In this document: positions 25,742 to 39,531 of the stretch, one piece after another
Position numbering within the stretch: position 1 is the first letter of the stretch
Layout: every line of letters starts with the position of its first letter
Assembly (NCBI GenBank): GCA_051294905.1
Contig: CM119371.1
Coordinates: 21,950,001 to 22,010,000 of the forward strand
DNA: 60,000 nt
Origin: Botryllus schlosseri
Taxonomy: Eukaryota
Direction of reading: 5' to 3'
Notes under the pieces: model-generated
Seen by the model: only the letters and a program-made list of their open reading frames with translations
Databases searched by the model: none
Told to the model about the DNA's origin: nothing
Translations under genes and position numbers: made by a program

Positions 25742-27189
25742 TCTTCTTGATTATCAGTAAATTACTTCTTCAAGTGCACACATCAAGCGATCGTTCTCTG
25801 ATTGAAGACGAATATATTCCAATAGCTTGAAATGAGCTAATAAATAGTATTAGAATATTTATATTATAGAAAATCTGTCAGAACATACAGATGATAACTT
25901 GCAATAATTATTAAGGTTGACAAATTACAACATTCAACCAATACAAGAATAAAAAACATGGAATATATATCAATAATAGGTATGTTGCATTTTTAGGCAT
26001 TGTAATGATCGGGAATAAGACAATTCAGACGAGTAGTTCCAAAAAGATGTTTTGCCAAATTTTAGAGATCACAAATACATTTTAGATTCCCTTTCGGAAA
26101 TTTCCTGCGGATAGAACATTTGGGACGTTCAGGTTTTAACTTGATCGTCCAATAGAATTCACTTCCAAGACACTGAACCATAAACTTACTCTCCGTTCAC
26201 CAAGTCCATCGGATGACAATTAGATTCCTAAGTGTTCCAGACCGCCTGTGACTCCATCAGCACGGTTCGGCTAGGCAATTAGGGACGGATATCTGATTCG
26301 GAGTAGGCAACTGGCCCTGGTCACGTTAAAAACCAGCACCTACGGCACTAGCCGAATAAGGATTGTGTCTGACAATATTTTGGAGATCAGTGGTTCTTCA
26401 ACGTTTTCCACCACGAGCCAAATTCAAGTGGCATTGCCATCTTGCGACCCAAGACTTGCTCATAGAAATGAATACTTTTCAAATGCTACTATGCTACATT
26501 TTTCACCAGCATGTATGAAATAGCGCAAGTGCAGACAACCAGCTGTACGCAACGGCGTTTTATGAAACATGATTCATCACATTGATTACAATACCAATTT
26601 CAGTAGTTGAAGTCACTTGTCATTCATGGTATTATTTGTGCATAACTCTCCTTTAATTGTATATTTATGGATCGCAAACTTTTTGTACTCACAAACTCCT
26701 TTCAGGGCATTTTCAAGATTAGGGTCATCTGAATCATTGAACGCGATCGATTTTACGGAACCAAGTACCGGAAAACAACATGCACCATTAGCAGGCAGAA
26801 TATTATCATTTTCATAACAAACACTGTGAATTTTTTTTCTGCCACCCCATTTTACCCATTACAACGGAGACTGATCATGCTAGAGTTGGAAGATGTTGAC
26901 GAAATATTGATGATTCAACCTCAGCTAGTAAGACGTGGCTATGTCTCATACCTTCTCCCCCTTCCTCGTCCAACACAGAAACACACATGATTCAAAAATA
27001 TGTGCATTCTCATGATCAGGCCACATTTTCATAACCGCTGTTCTGTGTTTCATTTCTATTGGCTGTTGGCTATTTTATGTGACAATTTAACGAACATAGA
27101 ATGTTGCCGACGCTGGATGATTAAAAAAGATCAGTATATGGGATGCATATTTTGTTAACGAAAACTCGCCTATATCTCTGTTGACTTCC

Positions 27190-27526
27190 CAGAGATATCA
27201 CAGACATGTCATACTTCTTACATCTGGCATGGATATTCCCACATGTTCTAAAAGTAAACGCATTTTCGCGGGTCTAGCATTCATAGTTTCCGACTCTGTT
27301 ATGTGTTTATCCGTGTATATTCAAGTCTCCAGCGTGAGCAACCTGTGTAGGCCTATGTCTATGCCTCTTCAAGTAAGCAAGCTGAATAAAAGTTTTATCG
27401 CGGATCTAACATTCGTAGTTTTTGACTCCAGTATGTGTATTTCCATGTATTTTCAATTGAACAAGTTGGCTTAACGACTTGCCACGGATTTGGCACTCAT
27501 AGTTATTGACTCAGGTGTGTGTATTT
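27190..27526 (-). pseudogene. Remnant of a third C2H2 zinc-finger paralog
   Basis: YECQIRGKSLSQLVQLKIHGNTHTGVKNYEC*IRDKTF..LKRHRH with stops. Cut at 27527 by a hAT terminus (caggggcgggcaa). Confidence 0.85.
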
Positions 27527-30155
27527 CAGGGGCGGGCAAAATACGGCCCGCGACGGGATTTTGTGCGGCCTGCGGACAGTTTTTGGTCTTACGTGATGAT
27601 GAGGACAGTGTCGCCGTCAACAGGCATTTAGGCGCAAACATTTTCAAGCATGAACCTTAGCACGACAAATCGACCTTCCAATACAGCTGATGTTCACTGC
27701 ATTGACGTAGCCCGGGCTATGGGGACCATGTTATTCCCCAATTTTTCGAAAATATTCGTAATATTTATAAATATTTATAAATAGTGGACTATTTACGGGC
27801 AGATGGATTCAAATTAAAAATATTTTGTTCGCTGTGCGCGGTTTAGTGTCTCTCCGTGCTTGTCCTGATTATGAGAATAAAGTATCCTAATCCTAATCGT
27901 GAACTTTGCGCCGAATCTATCACAGAGAGACCTCTAGTGAAAGTATTTATCTTAATTTCCAGTCAACATTTCACAGATGGTGACAAAAATTACAACATTA
28001 TCGATTCAAGTCAAAGAGAGCGTAAATGAACTTGCTTTATTTTTAGAGAACAGTTTCCTGAACGAGAAAACAAATGCTAAACTTCGTAAAACGTTGGCAA
28101 AGCGGAAAGTGACGAACTAATTTATTTTGCTATATTTATTAGCTCGAGGGCAAAAAGGACGATGCTTCGATTTTTGTAATTTTGTTAATGATAAAAAATA
28201 TACTATTTTTAGGCTAATTCATTCACGTGAGCTAGTGTCAATAGGAAACCAAAAATCAAAAAATAGCGCACTAAATACGCTCGATTTACAGAATTGATTC
28301 AAACTGTATCCGCAACTATGAAAGGATAATATTTTTTTTTGGTATGGCTTGAGGCCGTAGAGATGCATCAGTCTAGCTAGAGTTGCGGAGTAGGCTATTG
28401 CGTCATCATTAGCAACCTGCATATTCGCGCAAGGACATATCAAGACATATCAAAATTTTGCTAAACTTGCGACTGTGCGCCAAGACAGATTGACAGTGAT
28501 AACACCTATAATAAAAAATGGTCGATACATGTTTACAGAAACCGTCGACATTAATATGACTGCGCGGCTCCAGAATGACAGCAACGTATAGTCGTGCGGT
28601 ACAAATGCGACTCGAAGAGGAAAACAAGAAATGTCAAGAAATACTAATTTGGAATCCTTCGAGCAGCTTAGCGTCAATCTTGAACGGAGGTCAACCAAGT
28701 TGATGAAAGCAACGTGTACCCATACTAAACTTCATGAATAGTCTTAACATGTGTGGAATGAGTGTCCTAAATTTTTGAAGGCGTAATTTCCATCAGGAAA
28801 TCTGATCACGTGTATCCCATATATGGAAGTACCAATATTATTGACCAAATTCAAATGTAAACTTTACCAGTGTTACCAAGCAAAATATAGAATAAATACG
28901 AATTTGCAGATAGTTGAAACCAATTCATATTATGAAGCAGACATGGGTAATATCAACATTTATTCTAGACACAATAATAAATTTGGTTCAAATCGCAGAA
29001 GACGTACATTAAGGGGAGAAGTGAGCTGTCAGTGCACTACAAACACATCGTTGCTACCTATCGACAGAATACTACTACGGAATTCTACGAATACATACGA
29101 TGGAATCACATCGTTTATGTTCAGTTAATTTGTGACAAAACAGTTCAGGCTGAGTTAAAGCACGCATCACGATCGTCAAATGATTGGTTGGTATCGCAGG
29201 TCACACAAGTTGTTGACAGGGTCAAGCTGGGAAAAAAAGAATTGATTGATCAAGTTACAAACTTGTTCAACTTGTCCAGCACAATTTCGAAAGGCATAGA
29301 AGGGTTATTTTCAGATTTAAAGAATCAAGTTTGGAAAAAAACTGTTTCTAAAAATATCGAGCTGTCTGTATCATCTTTACAAGAGGATAAAACTACCAAC
29401 GGACTCAAAATACCATTTACTGGCTTTCATTCGCTTCAATAACAATGAGACATTGATATCTGAATAATCCCCCTCGTGACAGCAGTCACCAGTCACAGTA
29501 AGGTTGTTCCGGAAATAGCGTTTTTTTTTCAAACTTCACTCACATAGTGATGAAATTGTCAGGTTGCCTAACAACGTTAAACACCAAATTTCAGTCGATT
29601 CCAACCAGCAAAAGCTATGCAATCTGAAATAATCGACAATTCGGCCATTTTTAAAGTAATAGTATGGCCGATTTCGACACTTCGCCAAAACCAACATCAC
29701 GTTCAAAGCATGTCTGAATTTTCGCAATTTTTAACGTATATTGCACAAAATTTCCCCGATGATGATATGATCCCTAGAAAGAAATATCTCTCGATAAAAA
29801 ACTTAAAATTACACCTTTCTTCATGTTTGTTTTAATCAAGCCGATTAGCGTCTGCGCTGTACAACAGCAAGCGATCTCCTGCTTGGTTTGCCGCGGAATT
29901 AGATCTGTGCTGCACGTTAATACATCGGGGTCAACCGCAGGCCTGATCAATCACATATATAACACTCCATGTGCGCAAGATGTGATCCCTAGCCTAAACA
30001 CCACAGTCTCATCTCTAACAGGCCTAGTACGCACGACATAATCGTTGGCCTGAGCAATCGCATCTGTAATAGGCCTCGTGCGCAAGATGTCGCTGGCCTG
30101 AACTATCGCGTCGCCAGCCTCGCAGGCTTTGGCTACTATCTACTATTGTTTAGAG

Positions 30156-31185
30156 CAGGGGTCACCAACCCGGTGCCCGCGGGCACCAGGTAGCCCGCGA
30201 GGACTAAATGAGTAGCCCGCGAGCCCATTCTAAAAATAGGTGGAATAACCAATATTCGTCAGATTATTACCAATGAGATTTTAAATATATAGATCGATCG
30301 ATTCAGCTATTCTTGTTTAAAACACACTAACATGTCACTTACATATATAAACACTTATCTTCTATTACAATTAGTAATAGGCCTATATAGATATGTGATA
30401 GAATCACCATAAATTCATGGTACGGCGCATTGCCTATACAGGTGACATGACTGAATGCCCCACGGTCTTCTTGAAATGGTGGCGGTTCCGATATGATAGC
30501 TCGACGACCAGGACAATGCCACAGTAGTAAACAATATTACTATTCGGACTCAGATAGCTGTGAAGTACTAGCAGATTTTTAATATCTGTATACCCATTAC
30601 GTATTGCATCTTTTGACACAGCTTGTTTCTGTTACAATCAACGCAGTTTAATATACCATGTTTCTAACTTTCCGTAATCGTTGCTGCTGTCCGGTATTGT
30701 CATTTCTGGATGCTGAACCGTAGGAGATTGAAATTGTAACACTGCAAAATGACCCCCACCTCACCGTGCAGCAACGTTTGGTGCATTATTGATACGGAAA
30801 AGTACAGTGGTGTATGCGCAGCAGCTATGAAGGTTGCAAGCGTCTATTGTTCAACTTATCGTTGTGAATCAGCCTTTTCGGACATAAACTTCATCAAAAA
30901 CAAACACAAAACACGCTTAATTATTGCACATCTGGAACACTCACTCAGAATTGCAGTGTCAAGTTAAATACCAGAGTACAGCGCACTAGTTGATATCATA
31001 CAATGCCAGGCTTCCCATGGACTGCTATAGAAACAGATAACATGATGTCCAGTCCTGCCCAGTGCTATGAATATCAAAGCGGAAATTCAGTGTGGTACGG
31101 GTAAACGACGGGAGTAAATAGTAGCCCGCCGCTTCAATCATTACGTAAAAGTAGCCCTCGGTTGCAAAAAGGTTGGTGACCCCTG
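30156..31185 (+). mobile_element. Internally deleted hAT (Charlie/Buster) element carrying a hATC dimerisation-domain remnant
   Basis: TIR caggggtcaccaacc / ggttggtgacccctg. TSD GTTTAGAG. 30749-31020 encodes CSTYRCESAFSDINFIKNKHKTRL...QCQASH. Empty site in the inverted homolog near 32515-32525. Confidence 0.92.
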
Positions 31186-31290
31186 GTTTAGAGACAATGC
31201 CGTTAAGTGTATAATGGTTGGCAATGATTATGTCATCATTGTTCAACAATGACATCGCAAAACAGAATGTTATCGAATACTAAAATATTA

Positions 31291-33182
31291 CCGTAATTTT
31301 ATAAGTATAGTACGCCCCCATGTATAATAGGCACCCTTAAAATGGCATGCAAATTCTGGGAAAAAGCCTGTACCCATGTATAGTACGCACTAGGGATGGT
31401 GTGAACCTCTGAAAGGTTCAGGTTCGTGTGAAAGCGAACCTTTTGGAAAGGTTCTGTGTGAACCAGAACGTGAACCTCATGACGTCACGTGACGTCATAT
31501 TGCTAATTCCAACCCTACATTTCAGTGAAGTGATAGCCTATATTAATGTACACTATATCTAGCGACGACTCGGGCTACATAATGCCACAATGCTGAAGTA
31601 CATATTGACGTTTTAAACGTCACCAGATGTATCAACTGGGCAATTAATTTATATCATCATCCCAGAAAATCAATATCTTCCATCGCTTTGCCAACAATTT
31701 CGACAAGGACTTGCAAGGGAATATATGCTTACGCCTTAACGGTCAAGGCCTGACCGTACAATGTATTCGGCGTTTGAGTATTGCTACGGTGATGGTGAAG
31801 CAGAGGGTTTCTATACTTGCTACCGGTATTAACCCATTAACAAGTTATAGAGCAGTAGCCAACACCCCAATCGCACGGATTTGGATTTTATGATACAATA
31901 AACACATGAAATTAAGATTGACCCCGTACGTCTGCTAGATTATTTACATCAGACAAAGACATCAATTTCGTCAATTGGTTGAATAAGCATCATTCGCTGA
32001 CTATCGATACACGTAGTGTATTTCGCCTTTGATTTTGTGAGATTGCGGGTCAAGCTCACAGCAGAGAGTAACTAAATATTCACAAACGGAAAGCTGGATA
32101 TTTCGATCAAACGTTTGTAACAAAGCAAGTAAAATTTTTGAGATGGTCAAGGTACATGCTTCTTGTTTAGTGTTGATTTTTTATGCTGACAACGCCATGC
32201 ATAGAATTTCCCGCAGTTGAAATGCAATAAATTTCAACCAAAGATGTTATGATGAAGTGAAAATCGTAATATATGAAAAAGGTTCACAGTGCAGAACCTA
32301 CCGAGGTTCGTTTGTGAACGCGAACCTCTAAATATCGGAGGTTCACACACAGAACGCGAACGTGAACCTCACGTTCACACCATCCCTAGTACGCACCCTG
32401 CATTCGCAGTACATGAATAGCTGTGTTTTAGTACACGATGGTGTTCTGTTTTGCGATGTCACTGTCAAACAATCATGACATAACCATCGCTAATCATTAT
32501 GCAATTAACGGCATTGTCTCTAAACGATAGTAGAGAGCAGCCAAAGCCTGCGAGGCTGGCGACGGGATAGTTCGGGCCAGCGACATGACGTCTTGCGCAC
32601 GAGGCCTATTACAGATGCGATTGCTAATCATTATACAAGTAACGGTATTGCCTCTATATGATCGTAGATAGCAGCCAAAGCCTGCGAGGCCGGCGACGCG
32701 ACATCTCGCGCACGAGGTCAGATGCCATTGCTCAGGCCAACGGTTATGTCGTGCAGACCACGGCTGTTGGAGGTGCGACTGATTACGCAAGCGATTGTAT
32801 TCTGCGCACATGGCCTGTCGATGAATTAGCAAGGATTGCCGTGCGCGCGTTCAGCAATCAATGAATGGATGACCTCATTTCGCTCGCGTCTAAACGGCAA
32901 ACCAGCTCAGCAGGATATTGCGTGCTGTGCAGACGATACTCTCGTTAATTGACAACACGCTTTTTGCTAATTGGTAGCGCGTTACACTGATAATACGAAT
33001 TACTGGGCACGATGGCTGAAAGTGATGCGCGATTGGAAACAAACATGAAGAAAGGTGTGATTTCAAGTTTTTTATCGAGGGAGATTTTTTTCAAGCGTGT
33101 TGTTCCCATGTATAATACGCACTCCCCGATTTTAGGGCAAAAAATCGTGAAAATTTTGAGGATTATACATGGAAAATTACGG
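31291..33182. mobile_element. Non-autonomous Tc1/mariner-superfamily (pogo/Tigger-like) element
   Basis: TA|CCGTAATTTT ... AAAATTACGG|TA with subterminal atgtataata.gcac repeats. An inverted partial copy of its interior lies at ~29820-31270. Confidence 0.8.
31391..32388. mobile_element. Non-autonomous hAT (Ac-type) element nested in the pogo-like element
   Basis: TIR TAGGGATGGTGTGAAC / GTTCACACCATCCCTA. TSD GTACGCAC (nTnnnnAn) at 31383-31390 and 32389-32396. Subterminal GAACC/GGTTC repeats. Confidence 0.92.
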
Positions 33183-33228
33183 TACTTTTCATGTACTGCG
33201 AATACACGGTGCGTACTATACATGGGTA

Positions 33229-34662
33229 CAGAGATGTCTTTTCGACATGTTTTGATCTTGACAAGGGCCTATGGTGGGGTTTGGATGAAGTCATTGCCAG
33301 TAAACGAAAAAAAAAAGATTTGTCACGGATTATATGGAAATTGGTCCACTTCATTGAAATAGACATGTTAAAACGATGGCGAGATAATTATCAAATAGAG
33401 TACTTTACACACTGAAATTAACGACCACTAACAGGACAAAAACTGATAATAAGCACGTAAAATACGGGTAAATACATTCCTGAAGTGATAGTCGTTATCT
33501 ATATTCTTTGTTGGTCCGATGTAGATTTCTTCACGATACAATGTGATATTATATGATATTTTATTATTTGCTCTGCAGCACTCCTATAGTACTATCACAG
33601 GCGAATTATAAGACTAATGGGCATCGTGACAGATCCTGTTCATATCAAATGTTATCGTCCTCTTTTCATGTCATCCTCCATATTCGGTTACTGCCATCCA
33701 ATTGTATCCATGTATCGTGGTGAAAGACCAATGCTTTTTATTACTATATGACAAGGAGGTCCAGATGATATCAAGAGACCCGAAAATGACAAATGTGCTC
33801 TGTAAGCTCATTGGGTTACCATTTGGTTTCCCTGTATCTTGCAAAGTTTCGAGCAAATAAAAAGCTTCAGTATCAACGCTTATGTAAAGTTTCAGAAATG
33901 TTGTTTTCAGCTCATAAATACCATTCTGAATTGCAATCAGCAGCATTTTAACGCCCCGGATCAGTCAATGTGAAGTAGCGGAGAAATATTCGAACACTGA
34001 GCTGCTGAGGAATGCAACTGATGTCTCAGTGGATGTGATTTTGGGAATGACGACTTTGCAATCAGTAAACAATTTGAATCAAGGCAGAGATACATCGGTA
34101 TGCCTTGCATAAATGGGAGAGATTTCGTGAAATCTAACCTGGTCAGACAAAAAAATACTCCTAAATATGACTATCACTTGAGGAATATATTTACCTGTAT
34201 TTCAACTTCTTACCAATTCATTTCCTTTTCGTGGTCGTTAATTTCAGTGTGTAAAGTACTCTATTAGAATATTATCTCACCGTCGTTTTAACATGTCTAT
34301 TTCAATGAAGTGGACCAATTTCCAGGTAATCTGTGTCATATCTTTTTTTTTTTCATTTACTGGTGATGTATTCATCCAAACCCCACCATAGGCCCTTGTC
34401 AGGATCAAAACAAGTGGAAAAGACATCCCTGCAACTTCAGGCATACCTGGAACATGATTTTTGTTCATGTATGTACGATGAAATTGGTCACAGTACGGTA
34501 AATAATATTATTTCAAAAATGACTACAATTTTAATTTGAGTGACCTCGGATTCTACTGGTTGGAATTGAGTCAAATTTGGTCTACAACGTTTTTTAGGTA
34601 TCCTGACGATTTGACAACCAAGCCGATGAAATTTGAAAAAAAAGTTTTGTTGAACACCACTA
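33229..34662. mobile_element. Long-TIR foldback element (left arm truncated)
   Basis: 33229-33500 is the reverse complement of ~34165-34431. The right arm continues to ...ttgaacaccacta (34662). Arm copies at 14770-14910 plus 16520-16910, and at 54960-55190. Confidence 0.75.
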
Positions 34663-35951
34663 ATGTTCGTTTTCTAATGCAATACGGCATAAATTTGTTA
34701 AAATTGATCTGGAACAAAGCTACTCTCGCACTGACTACGAAAAGATAAATTATGATCTGACAGGGCACTGCAACTACCCCAAACTGCCCTTGAGGCCAAG
34801 CCACAGAGATAGTTGCAAATACAGTGCCTACACTGCTCTTGCTGCATTATTGGTTGGCCTGCCTTGGGCCTTGTGAACAAAAGTTGAGCATGATGAAGAA
34901 AATTTGCCCTGGGATAAAATCACCTTACCTCTCGCTTCACTATAACTATTATGATGGATTTATCGTCGCCACTGATATCAAGTAAGCTCTTATTCAATAC
35001 CATTATTCAAATACATTACGAAATAGCTTACGATATCACACATCATTACTGGGAAAAACGTTTAATGCTACGAATAGAGTCTGCATGTAATCAGAGACGT
35101 TTTTTTGTTCCACGCTGACATTGCTGTAACAGTAAATTTTTCGCTCATGGCATGCACACTTGTACATATACTGGACTTTGTGCAACGCGGTTCTAGAGCA
35201 AATTGTCTGTAAGTACTGAAAGCTCGTTGGATGTTGCGAGTAGGCTACACAGTTTCAACCAAGATGACGTTGCAGTCTACAGGTGCCAGAAAAATAAAAT
35301 GCTCCACATATGTATCTACCATATGTATATTAGGCCTACTAGACAGCAATGTTGCAAAATCACTTCAGAGAAAATGAATTACTGCTGCCCAAAAGCCTAG
35401 TCAATTCGCAATGGTACCAAAATTACCAGCATACCATAAAACAATTCAAAGAGGCCAAACGTTTTTGACAATGAACATTAACAAGACAGAGTGGCATTGC
35501 AACCTAACTTATGTTCATGTGTAGTCTTTAGGCTACTAAGGGTTCTTACGTCCAACATGAAGTCAGAGTTGACAATTTTGACTGACCATTTACCATAGAT
35601 ATCTTATTGACTTCAACAGCTATTGAAGGACATTACGTTAAAATATTCATTATTGATCTCGATGCTTTATGCCGAGTACTTCATGTCCCCATATCCAGCC
35701 CGCCGACTAGAGAAGTCGCTCGCCCCTAGCCTAGGGCATGATGACTTATTGGCTACAGTTCAAAATTAATTATGAAAGAAATATCCAACCAGCAACAAAA
35801 TGTTCAAGTAATGGAAAGAATCTGACATAATCATGCAAGTGATAATGAAAATGTCAAGTCATTTGCTAAGCCACGGTTTAGCCCTCTATTTCGATAGATT
35901 AGGTAATCTGAAGATTCTTATAGAAAACTTTGACGCACAGATCATCTAGTG

Positions 35952-37208
35952 CAGTGGTTCTTAACCTTTTTCCTTCCAGCGCCCCCTTTCAAAAATTATC
36001 GTGCTCCAGCGCCCCCCCCCTAACTTCATATTGTAAGGAATGTAATAAAGACAATGAGTAAATAAAGGACACGTAATTAACAATTAAACATATTCGGGCG
36101 TGCCCGCAGGTACAATTATTCGTTACCAGGGCCGTAACAGCACTTCGTCAGCCCCCCCCCCCAAAAAAAAAGCGTTGGTCGTGGGCCCCCATCGGGTGAT
36201 AAACCAAACTTCCGGGGGACTTCACTCCCAGACCCCCATTAGGCTGTCTGCTATTTGCTGATAGCCTATTAGGTATGTACATTGGGTGTCCATTTACTGA
36301 GGCAGCTATTCTCGCCTATTCGCGCGAAGTGCGAAAAATTTCACTAATTAATGATTGAATTGGTCAATATCATCGGGAATTGCATGTAATTCGAGATCAA
36401 TTTTTATCCTCTCTCTGCTCACGTAAACACATTTACCGGTAGAGCTGAGTGAGGTGCAATGTTCCCTCTAAGCTGCGCACGTGCGCAGTGCTGACACGGT
36501 CTCTGCGCACAGAAAATCTACGTTGCGCACAACAAATCCGGAGTTATTACATTTTTTAGTCGTTACGCACTGTTGTCCAAGTGTCAGCGCAGTGAGTTGT
36601 TGAGTGTGCGCAGACTCATCAAAATTTTAAGCGAACATTGTGAGGTTTCTTGGAAACTGTAGGGCCCGTTACTAATAATTAAACATATTCGGGCGGGCGA
36701 ACCCGTTGGTATGACTTCGTTGCATGATGTTATTTCGTGACCCCCTGTCTGCGATATCAAAAAATATAGAATCGCTCAACGGGGATATCGCCCAACAGGA
36801 ATATCACTGTCGCCCAATCGTACTAAACTAAAAGACGCACACGATTTCAGATTGGTATTTCTTCAATGACATATAATTTTCCCTGCCAGATGGAATTCGT
36901 CTTCTGGGGTTCAGATTGCCAAGACAGGAACATTCGGTGTCAGTCATTTAGGCGCCCATGGACAATTAAACCTATATGTATTTTGAAGGCTATATGTAAA
37001 GAAGTTTACGGTGTTAATTTGCTCTGAATACTCATTAAGGATATGTCCTATCACCACACCATCTACTGCGAAGCCATTTTTCTTCAGCGCCCCCCATACC
37101 GCCCCCCTGAGCCCAGCGCCCCCCATATTGCCCCCTGAGTGTTTCCGCCCCCCTTCAAGATCGCCAGCGCCCCCTAGGGGGCGCTGGGGGCAAGGTTAAG
37201 AACCACTG
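35952..37208. mobile_element. Non-autonomous hAT (Buster-type) element
   Basis: TIR cagtggttcttaacctt / aaggttaagaaccactg. TSD ATCTAGTG / ATCCAGTG. Subterminal gcgccccc repeats. Confidence 0.85.
36457..36640. mobile_element. ~190-bp hAT MITE, copy 3 (nested)
   Basis: caatgttccctctaagctgcgc... / ...gcgaacattg. Confidence 0.8.
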
Positions 37209-39274
37209 ATCCAGTGCCTAATCCTTGGATTAAAATTAAACGTCGGTGGATCTCCAGGGTCTGTAGCATATTTTCCGTTTATTCATCAATCGTAAGAATC
37301 ACCAATACAAACCATGCTTATATAAATTACTGGCTTTTCGAAATGAGCCAATAGAAGTAGAGCTAACGACCTTTAAATATCCACAGCTAACCAACTAAAA
37401 CACAACTAACAAGATTCCATTTCAAAGCGACTAGCCTACCGTAACTGGTTTTCATTTCATCAGAATTGGATCAGCTTTCCACATGAACCTCAGTACAAGT
37501 ACATAGCCTAATGTGCATTTTAAAATCTTAAGCGCACTTATTCGAACAGATTTACGGCTATTGCTATGCTTGGACAATTTGGACAGGAAATAAACTAGAA
37601 AAACTGCTTCATGGACACTTGTACATGTATTAAATGTCTCAATATCTCTAGTCTAGCAGTAGTTGATTACAGTTCTGACTCCACTAGTCGGCTACTATAT
37701 GCTGTGCCCTGAATCATTGAAGGCGAGCGATTTAACGGAATCAAGCACTAAAAAACAATTTGTGTCACTGAAAGGTAGAATTATATTCTTTATATCACAC
37801 CCTCAGTGCTTTTTTTTGTTCTGCGACCTCATTTTACCCATTACGGGAATGAGTTGAAAGATATTAACAAATGCCGATGATTTTGGCAGAAACTGATCAT
37901 GATAGAGTTGGAAGATGTTAACGTTATATCGTGTTTTAACCTTAAAAAGTCGGACTTCACTCTCTCTCGCAATATCTCTCTTTGGACCGAAACACACATG
38001 TTACAAAAATCTGTACATATTCATGATCCCGGATCAGGCTACATTTTCGCAACCTCTCTTATTGGCTATTGGCCTATTAAATGAAGCAGAGTTGCAATCA
38101 TCAATTGAGTTGCACACTGTGAACAAATTTGTAATGATCTTGAGATTTTTTTATGGAAACCGTAAATATCCACTGGAAAGCTCCAAGTTGAAATTCATTT
38201 AAGTTAATTGAACTGCTTTGATAGGATAGGTCCTAGTATCCATCCACCAAATATGCATATGCATAAGGATACCTTGGCATTATTACCGCCTCTTTCACAA
38301 TTCAAACATGAATCCTCTTCCCTTCAGGTCGTCTTTGTAAGGATGCTGCATAATGCTGCAATTAGGAGATATTAACAGCGAAAAGCTGGAAGAATACAAT
38401 ATTAGAGTATGAGAAGTTTCCAATTGTAGCGCTATGATTAATTACTAAACTGAACGAGACGGGATGTCATGAAGGAGTGAAAATCTCAACAAGCTCTATG
38501 AAATGGATGGCAGAAACGAGCACATATTTACAAGATACCCACAAACAACACTACAACTTTAAACGAAATTGAAACTGATATGCACAGACTGCTAATTACC
38601 AGAGAATGTGGCAATGGATGATGTATTCGCAGTTTAAAAGGTTAGTATAATAAATTATTACATTGGATCATCACACTGTAATACAAAAATTCAAACATCC
38701 ACACCACACGAAACTGCTTCCGAATAACAAACACTGCGCAATTCACCATTCCGTAAGTGTTCTATTGAAGCTGATTGGTGCAATGCAAGCCAAATTTTTC
38801 AGTTAGTAAGCATACATTTCAATTTAAATGTGAAAACAACAGGAGAGATACTCTCATTCACATAATGAAACAAGTGAGTAAAAGATGAGCGAGAAAAGAA
38901 TGAATTGGGAAACCTGTGACAGCAATAAATAGAGACGTGGGAGAGGTTAAGTGACACGATGACAAAGGCATGCAACCATTTCTTAAATACGAGCCCGGAA
39001 ATGACGCACCCCAAAAAGTTGCTACACATACACATGAACGTTTCCAACCATTTAGTACGAATGTATGAAACAGTTCTATGGCTGACAATTTATTCAATAT
39101 AAAATGTTACCGATCCTTTATGATTCAAACAGTCCACTACATGGGGTGCGTCAGGTGGTTAAGCAAACTAGCTGTTCACTATAATGACTTTCCAGAGACA
39201 TCACAGACACACAGTACTTGTTACCTCTGGCATGAATATACTCGCATGTTTTCAAATTAACACTGTTGCATTGT

Positions 39275-39531
39275 AAGTACATGCTTTTCCACAGATTTAG
39301 CACTCGTAGGTTCCGACTCTGCTATGTGTATTCCTATGTCTTTTCAAGTGACTGAGCCAGGTAAACGCTATTCTACGGGCCTGACACTCAGTTTTTCACT
39401 GTATCATGTGTACTTCCATGTGTTTTCAACTGACCAAGCCGGCTAAACGATTATCCACAGATCTGACATGCATATTCTTTGCCTCCAGTATGTATATTTG
39501 CATGTTTTTTCAAGCTTCCGAACAGTGTAAA
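39275..39531 (-). pseudogene. Decayed fingers 14-17 downstream of the second ZF ORF
   Basis: After GK* the frame continues FTLFGSLKKHANIHTGGKEYACQICG*SFSRLGQLKTHGSTH, then frameshifts. Confidence 0.8.

Noticed and set aside
25088..25750. 220-aa plus-strand ORF (and similar ones at 24244, 24629, 27181, 39406, 40330)
   Set aside because: Antisense shadow of the 84-bp zinc-finger repeat, with no independent coding signal.
26130..26375. Possible SINE core (caagacactgaacc…)
   Set aside because: No clear A/B boxes, tail or second copy in the window.
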